The notes under the pieces: generated by a model
What the model was told of the DNA's origin: nothing
The model's database searches: none
What the model saw: the letters and a program-made list of their open reading frames with translations, nothing else
Made by a program: the position numbers and the translations under genes
Assembly: GCA_015233195.1 (NCBI GenBank)
Contig: JADFYE010000014.1
Location: 1-60,432, forward strand
Reading direction: 5' to 3'
DNA length: 60,432 bases
DNA from: Candidatus Omnitrophota bacterium
Lineage (GTDB): Bacteria; Omnitrophota; Gorgyraeia; Zapsychrales; Zapsychraceae
Shown here: one piece after another, positions 47,333 to 56,490 of the stretch
How the letters are laid out: every line of letters begins with the position of its first letter
Numbering within the stretch: position 1 is the first letter of the stretch

Positions 47333-48664
47333 ATGATTTTGAAATCAACTTTTCGTGAACCGCTCGAATTCAACGAGCGGTTTACTTTTACTATAGACCT
47401 GCTGGAAAATACCAGTCACAACGTCCTTATTACCGGTAAAGCCGGAACAGGCAAATCAACTTTACTGAAATATTTCCGTGAACACACTTTAAAAAATGTG
47501 GCAGTGCTTGCGCCTACCGGAGTGGCTGCTGTAAATATTCAAGGTCAGACCATCCATTCATTTTTTTGTATGCGACCGGATACTACACCGGATAGCGTCT
47601 ATAATATACGTTTACGTAAAACGCAAAAAGCGATATATAAAAATCTGGACGCTGTGGTCATAGATGAAGTATCTATGGTTCGAGCTGATCTTTTAGATTG
47701 TGTTGATAATTTTTTACGTGCTCATGGTAAACATCCGGATCTTCCGTTTGGCGGGGTGCAGATGATATTTTTTGGTGATCTGTTGCAGCTGCCGCCGATT
47801 GTTACTAGAGTTGAAGCGTCTACTTTTGGTTCATCTTATGAAAGCGCGTATTTTTTTGATTCTAAAATATTTATAGAGTTGGTTAAAAACGATAAGATAA
47901 TGTTTGTTGAATTGGATAAAATTTACCGTCAGAAAGATGAAGTTTTCATTAATTTGTTGGGGAATATCCGTTCTGGTCAGTTAACTGCGGAAAATATGAA
48001 TATGATTAACAGCCGGGTGGTACGGGATTTTGTTCCTCCTGAGAATGAGTTTTTTATTTATTTGACTACGACAAACCGGTTAGCTGATGAAGTTAATGAA
48101 AAAGAATTAGCTAAACTTGCTCATCCGCATTGCAAATTTAAAGCTGAAATATCCGGCAAGTTTGAAGCGAACAGTTATCCGACCAAGGAATCTTTGGAAT
48201 TAAAAGTCGGCGCGCAGGTTATGATGTTAAATAATGATACTGAAGGACGTTGGGTAAATGGGACAGTCGGGCGGGTGGTTGACCTAAATCCCAGGCAGGA
48301 TAAGATAAGCGTAGAATTAGAGGACGGGAAATTAGTTGATGTTGAACCTTTTGAATGGGACATGTACAGATTTTATTTTGATGAAGATTTAAATCGTTTG
48401 GAGTCTGAAAGTATCGGAGCATTTAAACAATTTCCTATTAGGTTAGCATGGGCGGTAACAATACATAAAAGCCAGGGAAAAACTTTTTCAAAGGTTATAG
48501 TTGATGTGGGTTGGGGCGCGTTTGCTACAGGTCAAATATATGTGGCGTTAAGCCGATGTACGGATTTTGAAGGGGTGATTTTAAAACGTCCAATAGGAAA
48601 AAAAGATATACTGATAGACGACCGTGTGATAGCATTTATGAAAACTATAAATAACAAGGAATAG
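47333..48664 (+). CDS. PIF1-like SF1B DNA helicase
   Basis: TGKAGTGKS, APTGVAA, DEVSM, GDLLQLPP, QFPIRLAWAVTIHKSQG and YVALSR motifs. Confidence 0.92.
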   Translation: MILKSTFREPLEFNERFTFTIDLLENTSHNVLITGKAGTGKSTLLKYFREHTLKNVAVLAPTGVAAVNIQGQTIHSFFCMRPDTTPDSVYNIRLRKTQKAIYKNLDAVVIDEVSMVRADLLDCVDNFLRAHGKHPDLPFGGVQMIFFGDLLQLPPIVTRVEASTFGSSYESAYFFDSKIFIELVKNDKIMFVELDKIYRQKDEVFINLLGNIRSGQLTAENMNMINSRVVRDFVPPENEFFIYLTTTNRLADEVNEKELAKLAHPHCKFKAEISGKFEANSYPTKESLELKVGAQVMMLNNDTEGRWVNGTVGRVVDLNPRQDKISVELEDGKLVDVEPFEWDMYRFYFDEDLNRLESESIGAFKQFPIRLAWAVTIHKSQGKTFSKVIVDVGWGAFATGQIYVALSRCTDFEGVILKRPIGKKDILIDDRVIAFMKTINNKE

Positions 48665-48667
48665 TGT

Positions 48668-49519
48668 ATGTCAAACGCGATTTTGTTAGTTTCTTGTCCT
48701 GATCACCGAGGGATAACTGCTGCAATAACTAATTATATTTTCCAGCATAATGGAAATATTTTACATGCTGACCAGCATACTGATGACCAGACTAATACTT
48801 TTTTTATGCGGGTGGAATGGGATTTAACCGGGTTTGATGTGCCTCGGGAAAAGCTGGTCGAGAGTTTTGCTCCGATAGCACAGAAATTTAATATGGAATG
48901 GTCAGTTAATTATACTGACCAGAAAGCGCGGGTCGCGATTTTTGTTTCTCGTCATTTACATTGTTTATATGATCTTTTGTATCGTCGTCAAGCCGGGCAT
49001 TTGGATTGCGAGATTCCTCTTATAATCAGTAACCATCAGGATGCGGAAGGATTGGCTAAGCAATTTGGTATTAAGTTTTGTCATTTTTCTATTATGCCTG
49101 ATAATAAAAGCGACCAAGAAAAACGTGAGCTCGAACTATTAAAACAGGAACGGATTGATAGCATTGTTTTAGCCCGGTATCATCAAATATTAAGCCCAGG
49201 TTTTGTTGAAGCCTATAATAATCAGATCATAAATATTCATCACTCATTCTTACCGGCTTTCGTCGGGCAGAACCCATATGATCAGGCGTTTAGAAAAGGG
49301 GTTAAGATCATAGGCGCTACCAGTCATTATGTAACTGCTGATCTTGACCAGGGACCGATCATAGAGCAGGACACGGTACGTATTAGTCATAGAGATGAAT
49401 TAGCTGATCTTATCCGTAAAGGTGAGGATCTGGAAAAAATGGTGTTAAGTCGGGCAGTGCGCTGGCATTTACAGAAAAAGATTTTGTGTTACGGAAATAA
49501 AACAGTGGTATTTGATTAA
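48668..49519 (+). CDS. purU: Formyltetrahydrofolate deformylase
   Basis: ACT domain (CPD), LARY, NIHHSFLP and GVKIIGATSH motifs. Confidence 0.97.
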   Translation: MSNAILLVSCPDHRGITAAITNYIFQHNGNILHADQHTDDQTNTFFMRVEWDLTGFDVPREKLVESFAPIAQKFNMEWSVNYTDQKARVAIFVSRHLHCLYDLLYRRQAGHLDCEIPLIISNHQDAEGLAKQFGIKFCHFSIMPDNKSDQEKRELELLKQERIDSIVLARYHQILSPGFVEAYNNQIINIHHSFLPAFVGQNPYDQAFRKGVKIIGATSHYVTADLDQGPIIEQDTVRISHRDELADLIRKGEDLEKMVLSRAVRWHLQKKILCYGNKTVVFD

Positions 49520-50205
49520 TGAATATATCTCTAATTTTAAAAAACTCATTTGATCAGTATAAGAATTTTTACCAGCGGCTTTTGCCTTGGGGATTTTTTT
49601 TGGCTGTGGCTGCGGCAATCGCGAATTCTTTTGTGCTTAAACTTGCCAATGACCAAGTCCAAATTATTTTATTAAGTTTGATTATTGGGACGCTGTTTAC
49701 GAGTTGGCCGCAAATGGTTTTATATAAGTTAAGTTTACAAATTGAATCTAAAGGTGAAGCTGATGAGGATTTTAATAATGAGATAGCTCCGCGCTGGGGA
49801 AGATATTTAACGGTTATGTATGCGTATCAGTTTTTAATTTTAGCAGGTTTATGTTTGTTCATAATACCAGGGTTTTTATTGTTAACATTGTTTTGGTTTG
49901 CGCCGATATTGTTGCTCGATTTAAATAAAGATGAATTAATTTTTGAAAATTTTTTTAAACAAAGTCAACAGTTGGTCAAAGGAAATTTTTGGCAGGTGTT
50001 TAGCATAATGATATATACGGCGGTTTTTGTTTCTGCGCCGGTTTTGATTATTTCTTGGGCTAATATTAAATACGCGGAAATTATTTCATCAGTCTGGATG
50101 GCTTTAGCAGCACCTTATGTTTATATAGCGCAGATCCAGACTTATGTTGCGCTTAAGAATATGAAAAAAGATGAGCTCATAAAGGGCGAGGATAATGTCG
50201 GATAA
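49519..50205 (+). CDS. Multi-pass membrane protein
   Basis: About 6 TM segments; GLCLFIIPG and SQQLVKG motifs typical of YciC/DUF975-like membrane proteins. Confidence 0.7.
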   Translation: MNISLILKNSFDQYKNFYQRLLPWGFFLAVAAAIANSFVLKLANDQVQIILLSLIIGTLFTSWPQMVLYKLSLQIESKGEADEDFNNEIAPRWGRYLTVMYAYQFLILAGLCLFIIPGFLLLTLFWFAPILLLDLNKDELIFENFFKQSQQLVKGNFWQVFSIMIYTAVFVSAPVLIISWANIKYAEIISSVWMALAAPYVYIAQIQTYVALKNMKKDELIKGEDNVG

Positions 50206-51508
50206 TATTTTTACAGTATCAGAGTTGAATGGGTATATTAAGGATGTTATTAACGCGGGATTTCCGCAAATAGTTTGGATATGCGGCGAGATACAAGGGT
50301 TTGACCGCAACAAAAATAAGAATCATATTTTTTTTGAGTTGGTAGAAAAAGACGAGAAGTCTAAAGATGTTAAAGCCCGGGTCGGAGTAGTGCTTTGGGA
50401 ATTCAAGAAAGCCCAGATAAATCAAATATTGCGTAAGAGTGAAAATGCTTTTGAATTAAAAGATGATATTGAGGTAAAACTTGCGTGCAAGGTTGATTAT
50501 TATGTACCGCATGGTGCAGTGCGTCTGGTAGTAGAGTCTATTGATCCGGTCTATACTTTAGGAAAGCTCGCCCAGGAAAAACAAAAATTAATTGCCCTTT
50601 TAAAAGCAAAAGGGGTATTGGACAAAAACAAACAGTTAGCACTTCCGACTGTACCATTGAATATCGGGCTTATCACGTCCGATGATTCTGCCGCGTACAA
50701 TGATTTCATGTCTGAACTTAAAAAAAGCGGGTTTAGTTTTAATGTTTATTTAAGAAACACCTTGATGCAGGGAAAGAAAGCAGAAGCTGATACAGTCCAG
50801 GCTTTGAAGGAATTGCAGCAGATTAAGACGCTGGATGTTATAGTTATAACCAGGGGCGGTGGTTCAATATCAGATTTAAGTTGTTTTGATAGTCAGATTA
50901 TAACCGAAGCAGTAGCTAACGCGAATATACCGATATTAAGCGGCATTGGGCATGAAATAAATATTACTATTACAGATTTGGCAGCGCATACTTTTGCTAA
51001 GACGCCTACAGCAATTGCTCAATTTATTGTTGGACGAGTGCAGGAATTTGTGGATAAATTGAATGATAGTTTAGATTTGGTTTTGCGTGGTAGTGAGACT
51101 TTATTGGAGCGCAATAAAAAGAAGCTTATTAATGACGCGGTCTCAATTCAGACGAAGATGCGGGAATTTTTTAAAGAACATCATACTTTGATTGCGAGAT
51201 TAGGTGAGGCTATGAAACAAAAGTCATTAAAATTATTAGCGTCTGAAAAACAAAGGGTTTCAAGGTTTACTGATAATTTGACGCGGGAAACAAAAAATTG
51301 TTTTCGTAAAGAAAATGATAAAGTAAATAATATTGAAAAGGTGGTGCGGGCTTTACATCCGGAAAATATTTTGAAACGGGGTTTTAGTATAACCCGAGAT
51401 CAGGCGGGAAAAGCTGTTAAAAGTATTAAGCAAGTTAAAGAGGGTGACACTTTGACTACGCAAGTGGTCGATGGGAATATAGAAAATAAAGTTGTAAAAA
51501 TAATATAA
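50195..51508 (+). CDS. xseA: Exodeoxyribonuclease VII large subunit
   Basis: TVSELN, RGGGS, SGIGHE, TPTA and LKRGFSI motifs. Confidence 0.96.
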   Translation: MSDNIFTVSELNGYIKDVINAGFPQIVWICGEIQGFDRNKNKNHIFFELVEKDEKSKDVKARVGVVLWEFKKAQINQILRKSENAFELKDDIEVKLACKVDYYVPHGAVRLVVESIDPVYTLGKLAQEKQKLIALLKAKGVLDKNKQLALPTVPLNIGLITSDDSAAYNDFMSELKKSGFSFNVYLRNTLMQGKKAEADTVQALKELQQIKTLDVIVITRGGGSISDLSCFDSQIITEAVANANIPILSGIGHEINITITDLAAHTFAKTPTAIAQFIVGRVQEFVDKLNDSLDLVLRGSETLLERNKKKLINDAVSIQTKMREFFKEHHTLIARLGEAMKQKSLKLLASEKQRVSRFTDNLTRETKNCFRKENDKVNNIEKVVRALHPENILKRGFSITRDQAGKAVKSIKQVKEGDTLTTQVVDGNIENKVVKII

Positions 51509-51513
51509 ATTTC

Positions 51514-51537
51514 GTAGGGGCACAATATATTGTGCCC
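51514..51537 (+). repeat. GTAG-type REP sequence
   Basis: GTAG followed by the perfect palindrome GGGCACAAT-AT-ATTGTGCCC. Confidence 0.7.
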
Positions 51538-51557
51538 GCATACAAAAGGATAAATTC

Positions 51558-51752
51558 ATGAAAGACAATTATAAAGACGCTATGAATCGTTTAACTGAAA
51601 TTATTGAAAAAATTGAGGATGAAGATGTTGACGTTGATGAATTAGCTGCTAATGTTAAAGAAGCGGTAAAATTAATAAAGACGTGTAAAGATAAAATTGA
51701 AAAAGCAGAATTAGAAGTCAAAAAAGTAGTCGAGGAATTAGATAAGGAATAA
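51558..51752 (+). CDS. xseB: Exodeoxyribonuclease VII small subunit
   Basis: 64-aa helical protein (YKDAMNRLTEIIEKIE...C..KI..AE) following xseA. Confidence 0.93.
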   Translation: MKDNYKDAMNRLTEIIEKIEDEDVDVDELAANVKEAVKLIKTCKDKIEKAELEVKKVVEELDKE

Positions 51753-51753
51753 C

Positions 51754-52656
51754 ATGCTTTCGCTTTCATCCTGCTGGAATTATTCTACGGACATTGACAT
51801 CCATAAATGGCTGGTTCAAGTCAAAGATATGGGTTTTAATGCTATAGAATTAGATTATAAAATATCCCGTTCGCATTTACAGCAGATCCATAAAACTTTG
51901 CCTAAATTAGGGTTGGCAGTTTCCAGTGTCCATAATTTTTGTCCTACCCCTAATGATGAGCTTTCTCCCCGCCATGTGTCTAATTATTATCGTTTATCTT
52001 CTTTAGATGAATGGGAACGTAAAAAAGCAGTTGGTTGGACGTGTTATACCATTGATACTGCCGTTGAATTCAAAGCCAAAGCTGTGGTGTTACACGCAGG
52101 AATGATTGAATCAGATGATATCAGGTCTAAAAAATTATTTGATTTGTATAAACATGGTAAAGAACTTTCTGCCGCGTTTTTACAAGAGCGGGAGCGGATT
52201 TTAAAATTCAGGAAAAAAAATTGTGATCCGTATTTGGCTGTTTTAGAAGAGAGTTTGCGGGATGTAATGGATTATGCGTATCGGAAAAAAATAAAGATAG
52301 GATTGGAAACCCGTTATTATCCAACTGAAATTCCAAACTTTCAAGAGATTGGAATGTTATTGAGTTTATTTGAGCGTAAAGGTATGGGCTATTGGCATGA
52401 TGTTGGACATGCTGAAATGAATAGTTTATTGGGTATTACAGACCATAGAGATTATTTGGAGGCATACGGAAAATATTTGATAGGCGTGCATTTACATGGC
52501 ATGGAAGGTATAGACGATCATTTAGTGCCTTTTGCCGGTGATATGAATTTAACCGCTTTAATGAAGTTTTTTGATAAAAGCGTGATTAAAGTGGTGGAAA
52601 CGTCAGCGTCTTCAGTGGAAGAAATGCGGGAAGCTGTTGATAGGTTAAAAAAGTAA
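51754..52656 (+). CDS. Sugar phosphate isomerase/epimerase (AP endonuclease 2 TIM barrel) family protein
   Basis: SVH, VVLHAG, GLETR, DVGH, VHLH and DH motifs. Confidence 0.85.
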   Translation: MLSLSSCWNYSTDIDIHKWLVQVKDMGFNAIELDYKISRSHLQQIHKTLPKLGLAVSSVHNFCPTPNDELSPRHVSNYYRLSSLDEWERKKAVGWTCYTIDTAVEFKAKAVVLHAGMIESDDIRSKKLFDLYKHGKELSAAFLQERERILKFRKKNCDPYLAVLEESLRDVMDYAYRKKIKIGLETRYYPTEIPNFQEIGMLLSLFERKGMGYWHDVGHAEMNSLLGITDHRDYLEAYGKYLIGVHLHGMEGIDDHLVPFAGDMNLTALMKFFDKSVIKVVETSASSVEEMREAVDRLKK

Positions 52657-52672
52657 TAGGGTGAAAGCAGAC

Positions 52673-52729
52673 TTGACAAAAGTATTTTATGTGGCATAAT
52701 CACTATGTAGATACATTGTAATTACATAG
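52673..52729 (+). promoter_or_regulatory. mazEF promoter with palindromic operator
   Basis: TTGACA (52673), CATAAT (52695); CTATGTA...TACATAG outer inverted repeat containing TGTAGATACA and TGTAATTACA. Confidence 0.7.
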
Positions 52730-52737
52730 GAGGTTTT

Positions 52738-52986
52738 ATGAGGGTTAATATTATTTCGATTGGTAATTCAAAGGGCATTCGAATACCGAAAGCATTATTA
52801 AATCAATGTCAAATTCATGAGGAAGTTGATCTTGTGGCTGATGGAAAGAAAATTGTCATTAAGCCTACGAAAGATCATCCACGTAAGGATTGGGGAAATC
52901 GGTTTGCTGATATGGCTAAAAATAAGGATGATGTATTAATAATCAATGACCTGATCGATATTAAGGATAATGAATGGACTTGGTAA
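52738..52986 (+). CDS. mazE: AbrB/MazE antitoxin
   Basis: IGNSKGIRIPK motif and acidic C-terminal EWTW. Confidence 0.92.
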   Translation: MRVNIISIGNSKGIRIPKALLNQCQIHEEVDLVADGKKIVIKPTKDHPRKDWGNRFADMAKNKDDVLIINDLIDIKDNEWTW

Positions 52987-53303
52987 TCCGGCAGTATGAT
53001 ATTTATTTGATCAATTTGGATCCGACTATAGGGCATGAGATAAAGAAATCCCGTCCTTGTGTTGTTATATCTCCCAATGAAATGAATAGTCATATTAGCA
53101 CAATTATTATTGCACCTATGACAACGAAAAGCAGGGATTATCCTTCCAGGATTCCCTTGAAGTTTTTAAAGAAAGACGGGTGGATTGTTCTGGATCAGAT
53201 CAGAACGGTTGATAAAAGACGGATCATTAAGCGGCTGGGGACAGTTCCTGAATTAAAAGTTGCGGAAATAAAAGCTGTTATTAAAGAAATGTTGGTTGAT
53301 TGA
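52974..53303 (+). CDS. mazF: PemK/MazF endoribonuclease toxin
   Basis: LDPTIGHEIKKSRPCVVIS and DQIRTVDKRR motifs. Confidence 0.94.
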   Translation: MDLVIRQYDIYLINLDPTIGHEIKKSRPCVVISPNEMNSHISTIIIAPMTTKSRDYPSRIPLKFLKKDGWIVLDQIRTVDKRRIIKRLGTVPELKVAEIKAVIKEMLVD

Positions 53304-53310
53304 TTTTTAT

Positions 53311-53383
53311 GCGCCTATAGCTCAGTGGATAGAGCACTGGTCTTCGGAATCAGGTGTCGGGGGTTCGACTCCCTCTAGGCGCG
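53311..53383 (+). tRNA. tRNA-Arg, anticodon TCG, CCA not encoded
   Basis: Acceptor stem GCGCCTA/TAGGCGC, D arm GCTC/GAGC, anticodon loop CTTCGGA, T loop TTCGACT. Confidence 0.93.
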
Positions 53384-53419
53384 TTAATTTTTTGGTAATA
53401 AAAAATTTTAGGAAGAAAT

Positions 53420-54517
53420 ATGGAAAATAAAAATTTAAAATTTACTCCGCTTCATGATGAACATGTGTCATTAAAAGCTAAAATGGTTCCATTCGGCGGA
53501 TGGGATATGCCGGTACAGTATGACGGTATTTTAAAAGAATATGAATATACCCGTCGCGGCGTGGCGATATTTGATATTTGTCACATGGGCGAATTTTTGG
53601 TATTTGGCGATGCGGTTGAGAGTGGTTTAGATAATTTAGTTACTCAAAAGATCGCAGATATGCCGGTCGGTACTTGCCGTTATGGATGTATGCTTAATGA
53701 TCGTGGCGGTATTATGGATGACTTGATAGTGTTTCGTAAGGCAGAGCAGGAATGGTTTATTGTGGTTAACGCGTCGACAACAGCGAAGGATGCGGCGCAT
53801 TTTCAAAAACATTTATCGCCAAAGGCGCAATTTAAGGATATTTCTTCTCAGACGGGAAAAATTGATATTCAAGGACCTTTATCTCGGGATGTGATGAAAA
53901 ATTTCGCGCCGGGTATTGAGAAATTAGAATTTTATTCTTTCGGCATGTTTAAATGTTTGGGTGAAGAGGTGTTGATCAGCCGCACTGGATACACTGGCGA
54001 ATTAGGGTATGAAATTTACATGCCTTGGTCTAAAGCTGCGGATTTTTGGAAAGCATTGTTGAAAGATGCAAGAGTAAAACCTGCAGGTTTAGGAGCGCGG
54101 GATGTGTTAAGGCTCGAGGTGGGATATAGTTTGTATGGTCATGAATTAAACGAAGAAAAAACTCCGTTAGAATCAAGCTTGACAAGGTTTGTCAATTTTG
54201 ATAAAGATTTCATAGGTAAAAACGCTCTTATTACGCAAAAAAATATTGGATTGAACGAACAAGTGATTGGTTTTACCGCGCTTGACCGCCGTTCTCCTCG
54301 GGCAGAACAAAAGTTATTTGCGCAAGACGGTAGTGTTATAGGTGTGGTTACCAGCGGAAGTTTTTCTCCGGCGTTGATTAAAGGTATTGGTTTGGGATTT
54401 GTAAAAACCGGTTATGCTAAGCAGGGCACGTCAATATTTTTTGGCGAGGATAAATCCAAAAATCCGGCAATAGTATCAAGTCGGATATTTTATAAAGGCG
54501 GCTCATTAAAACAATAA
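53420..54517 (+). CDS. gcvT: Glycine cleavage system aminomethyltransferase T
   Basis: FGGWDMP, FDICHMG, SRTGYTGELGYE and GLGARDVLRLE motifs. Confidence 0.97.
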   Translation: MENKNLKFTPLHDEHVSLKAKMVPFGGWDMPVQYDGILKEYEYTRRGVAIFDICHMGEFLVFGDAVESGLDNLVTQKIADMPVGTCRYGCMLNDRGGIMDDLIVFRKAEQEWFIVVNASTTAKDAAHFQKHLSPKAQFKDISSQTGKIDIQGPLSRDVMKNFAPGIEKLEFYSFGMFKCLGEEVLISRTGYTGELGYEIYMPWSKAADFWKALLKDARVKPAGLGARDVLRLEVGYSLYGHELNEEKTPLESSLTRFVNFDKDFIGKNALITQKNIGLNEQVIGFTALDRRSPRAEQKLFAQDGSVIGVVTSGSFSPALIKGIGLGFVKTGYAKQGTSIFFGEDKSKNPAIVSSRIFYKGGSLKQ

Positions 54518-54533
54518 TAGGGGAAGGGAAAAG

Positions 54534-54923
54534 ATGGAGATAATCGAACATTATCATTATACCAAGGATCATGAATGGGTGTGTATCGAGGAAGATTTGG
54601 TTGTAGTCGGTATCACCGATTATGCTCAGTCTTCTTTGGGAGATATTACTTTTGTTGAGTTGCCTGCAGTAGATACTGAGGTTGAACAATTTGAAGAGCT
54701 TGCTTCAGTGGAATCTGTAAAAGCAGCCAGCGATATTTTTTCTCCGCTCGGTGGTAAGATCGTGGATGTAAACCACAATTTGGAAGAGGAGCCGGGATTG
54801 ATCAACCGTTCTCCTTATGACCGCGGATGGATCGCCAAAATAGTAGCTTCAGATATGGATCAGTTAGGTAATCTGATGAATGCTGAAGAATATGAAAGTT
54901 TTTTGGCAACCGAGCAAGAATAA
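54534..54923 (+). CDS. gcvH: Glycine cleavage system H protein
   Basis: HEW, GITDYAQ and VESVKAA (lipoyl lysine) motifs. Confidence 0.97.
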   Translation: MEIIEHYHYTKDHEWVCIEEDLVVVGITDYAQSSLGDITFVELPAVDTEVEQFEELASVESVKAASDIFSPLGGKIVDVNHNLEEEPGLINRSPYDRGWIAKIVASDMDQLGNLMNAEEYESFLATEQE

Positions 54924-54937
54924 ACTGAAAGCACACT

Positions 54938-56278
54938 TTGAATCCGTATATTGCGAATACAGAGCAGGATGTTAATTACATGCTGCAGAAGATTGGTGTT
55001 AAGAAGATCGACGATCTTTTTATCGATATTAAGCCGCAGCATAAGCCGAAGTCATTTAATTTACCTAAAGGTAAATCAGAGTTTGAAGTCTTAGAATATC
55101 TGAAAAGTCTTTCCGCAAAGAATTCTACTCAATTAGTGCCTTTTATCGGCGGTGGTTATTATGACCACTATGTGCCGGCAGTTGTTTCAGCCTTGACTTC
55201 TCGGGGGGAGTTTTTTACTGCTTACACTCCGTATCAGCCTGAATGTTCACAAGGGACGCTGCAGTCTTTATTTGAATATCAAAGTATGATTTGCGCTATG
55301 ACTGACATGGAAGTATCGAACGCGTCTTTGTATGAAGGTGGGACAGCTTTATACGAAGCAGTTATGATGGCGCTTCGTATTACTGGCAGAAAAAAAGTTT
55401 TAGTCGACGGTGGTGTTAGCCCGATTCATAAAAAAATTATTCATTCATATACGGATAATTTGCATTATGAATTTGTAGAGACTCCGGTAATACATGGTCA
55501 GGCGAGCCGGGCAGCTATTAAAGAATTATTGAATAAAGATATTGCGGCAGTTGTGGTGCAGAATCCGAATTTTTTTGGCGCGATCGACGATTATACTGAC
55601 ATTGTGGATATGGCACATAAATGCGGAGCTCTGGTGGTTGAGAGCGTTTATCCGATCTCTTTGGGGATTTTAAAAACTCCGGGGGAAATGGGTGTGGATA
55701 TTGTTACAGGCGAGGGGCAGAGTTTAGGTCTGGCGTTAAATTTTGGCGGACCGTATTTAGGTTTTATGGCAACTAAAAAAGAATTTGTGCGTAAAATGCC
55801 TGGTCGTATTGTGGGGCAGACTGTTGATACACAAGGTCGACGCTGTTACGTTAACACTTTACAGGCGAGAGAACAGCATATCCGCCGTGAAAAAGCTACC
55901 TCGAATATTTGTACTAATGTTGCTTTATGTGCTATTCAAGCGGTAATTTTTATGTCTCTGGTCGGAAAACAAGGTTTTAAAGAATTGGCGGGTATCAATG
56001 CGGATAAAGCTGAATACATGAAACAATGTTTAGCCAAGATCAAAGGCGTAGAAGTAAAACGCAGTTCGCCGACGTTCAATGAGTTTACAGTATGTTTGCC
56101 AAAAGATGCCTCGTCGGTAGTTGAGGTCATGATTAAAAAAGGTTTTGCAGCCGGCTTCCCCTTAAGCCGTTATTACAAGGGTATGGATAATTATATGATC
56201 GTTGCAGTGACGGAAAAGCGTACTAAGGCTGAGATTGACGCTTATGTTAAAGCGTTGGGGGAAATTTTATTAAAGTGA
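54938..56278 (+). CDS. gcvPA: Glycine dehydrogenase subunit 1
   Basis: YTPYQPE.SQG, NASLY and REQHIRREKATSNIC motifs. Confidence 0.97.
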   Translation: MNPYIANTEQDVNYMLQKIGVKKIDDLFIDIKPQHKPKSFNLPKGKSEFEVLEYLKSLSAKNSTQLVPFIGGGYYDHYVPAVVSALTSRGEFFTAYTPYQPECSQGTLQSLFEYQSMICAMTDMEVSNASLYEGGTALYEAVMMALRITGRKKVLVDGGVSPIHKKIIHSYTDNLHYEFVETPVIHGQASRAAIKELLNKDIAAVVVQNPNFFGAIDDYTDIVDMAHKCGALVVESVYPISLGILKTPGEMGVDIVTGEGQSLGLALNFGGPYLGFMATKKEFVRKMPGRIVGQTVDTQGRRCYVNTLQAREQHIRREKATSNICTNVALCAIQAVIFMSLVGKQGFKELAGINADKAEYMKQCLAKIKGVEVKRSSPTFNEFTVCLPKDASSVVEVMIKKGFAAGFPLSRYYKGMDNYMIVAVTEKRTKAEIDAYVKALGEILLK

Positions 56279-56320
56279 TAAAGGTGATAGAGGAGGACAA
56301 ATTTTAAATTAAAAGGCGCA

Positions 56321-56441
56321 GGTATTGAGCGGACATTGGGAATTCGAGCGGGCACGGTTCGTATGCTGAAAGCGTACGAGAGCGAGAATTCTCGCGAGCG
56401 TAGTTTAATTCGCTGGATTAAACAAGCGTTCCGCTAAATAC
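56321..56441. repeat. ~120-nt multi-stem structured element, copy 2 (inverted relative to copy 1)
   Basis: Reverse complement aligns with 24093-24217; outer stem extended by GACAAATTTT / AAAATTTGTC. Confidence 0.8.
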
Positions 56442-56490
56442 ATAAGACTTTTAAAAAATTTGTCTCATATAAGTAAAATTTTTGAGAAAT

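Noticed and set aside
52738-53383. Genomic island or prophage integrated at the tRNA
   Set aside because: No integrase and no duplicated tRNA 3' end were seen, and the flanking genes are housekeeping.
56321-56441. Glycine riboswitch, given its location in the gcv cluster
   Set aside because: It lies between gcvPA and gcvPB rather than in the leader, lacks the glycine aptamer consensus (GGAGA...CCGAAG...CUCUCAGG), and has an inverted homologue next to ychF.
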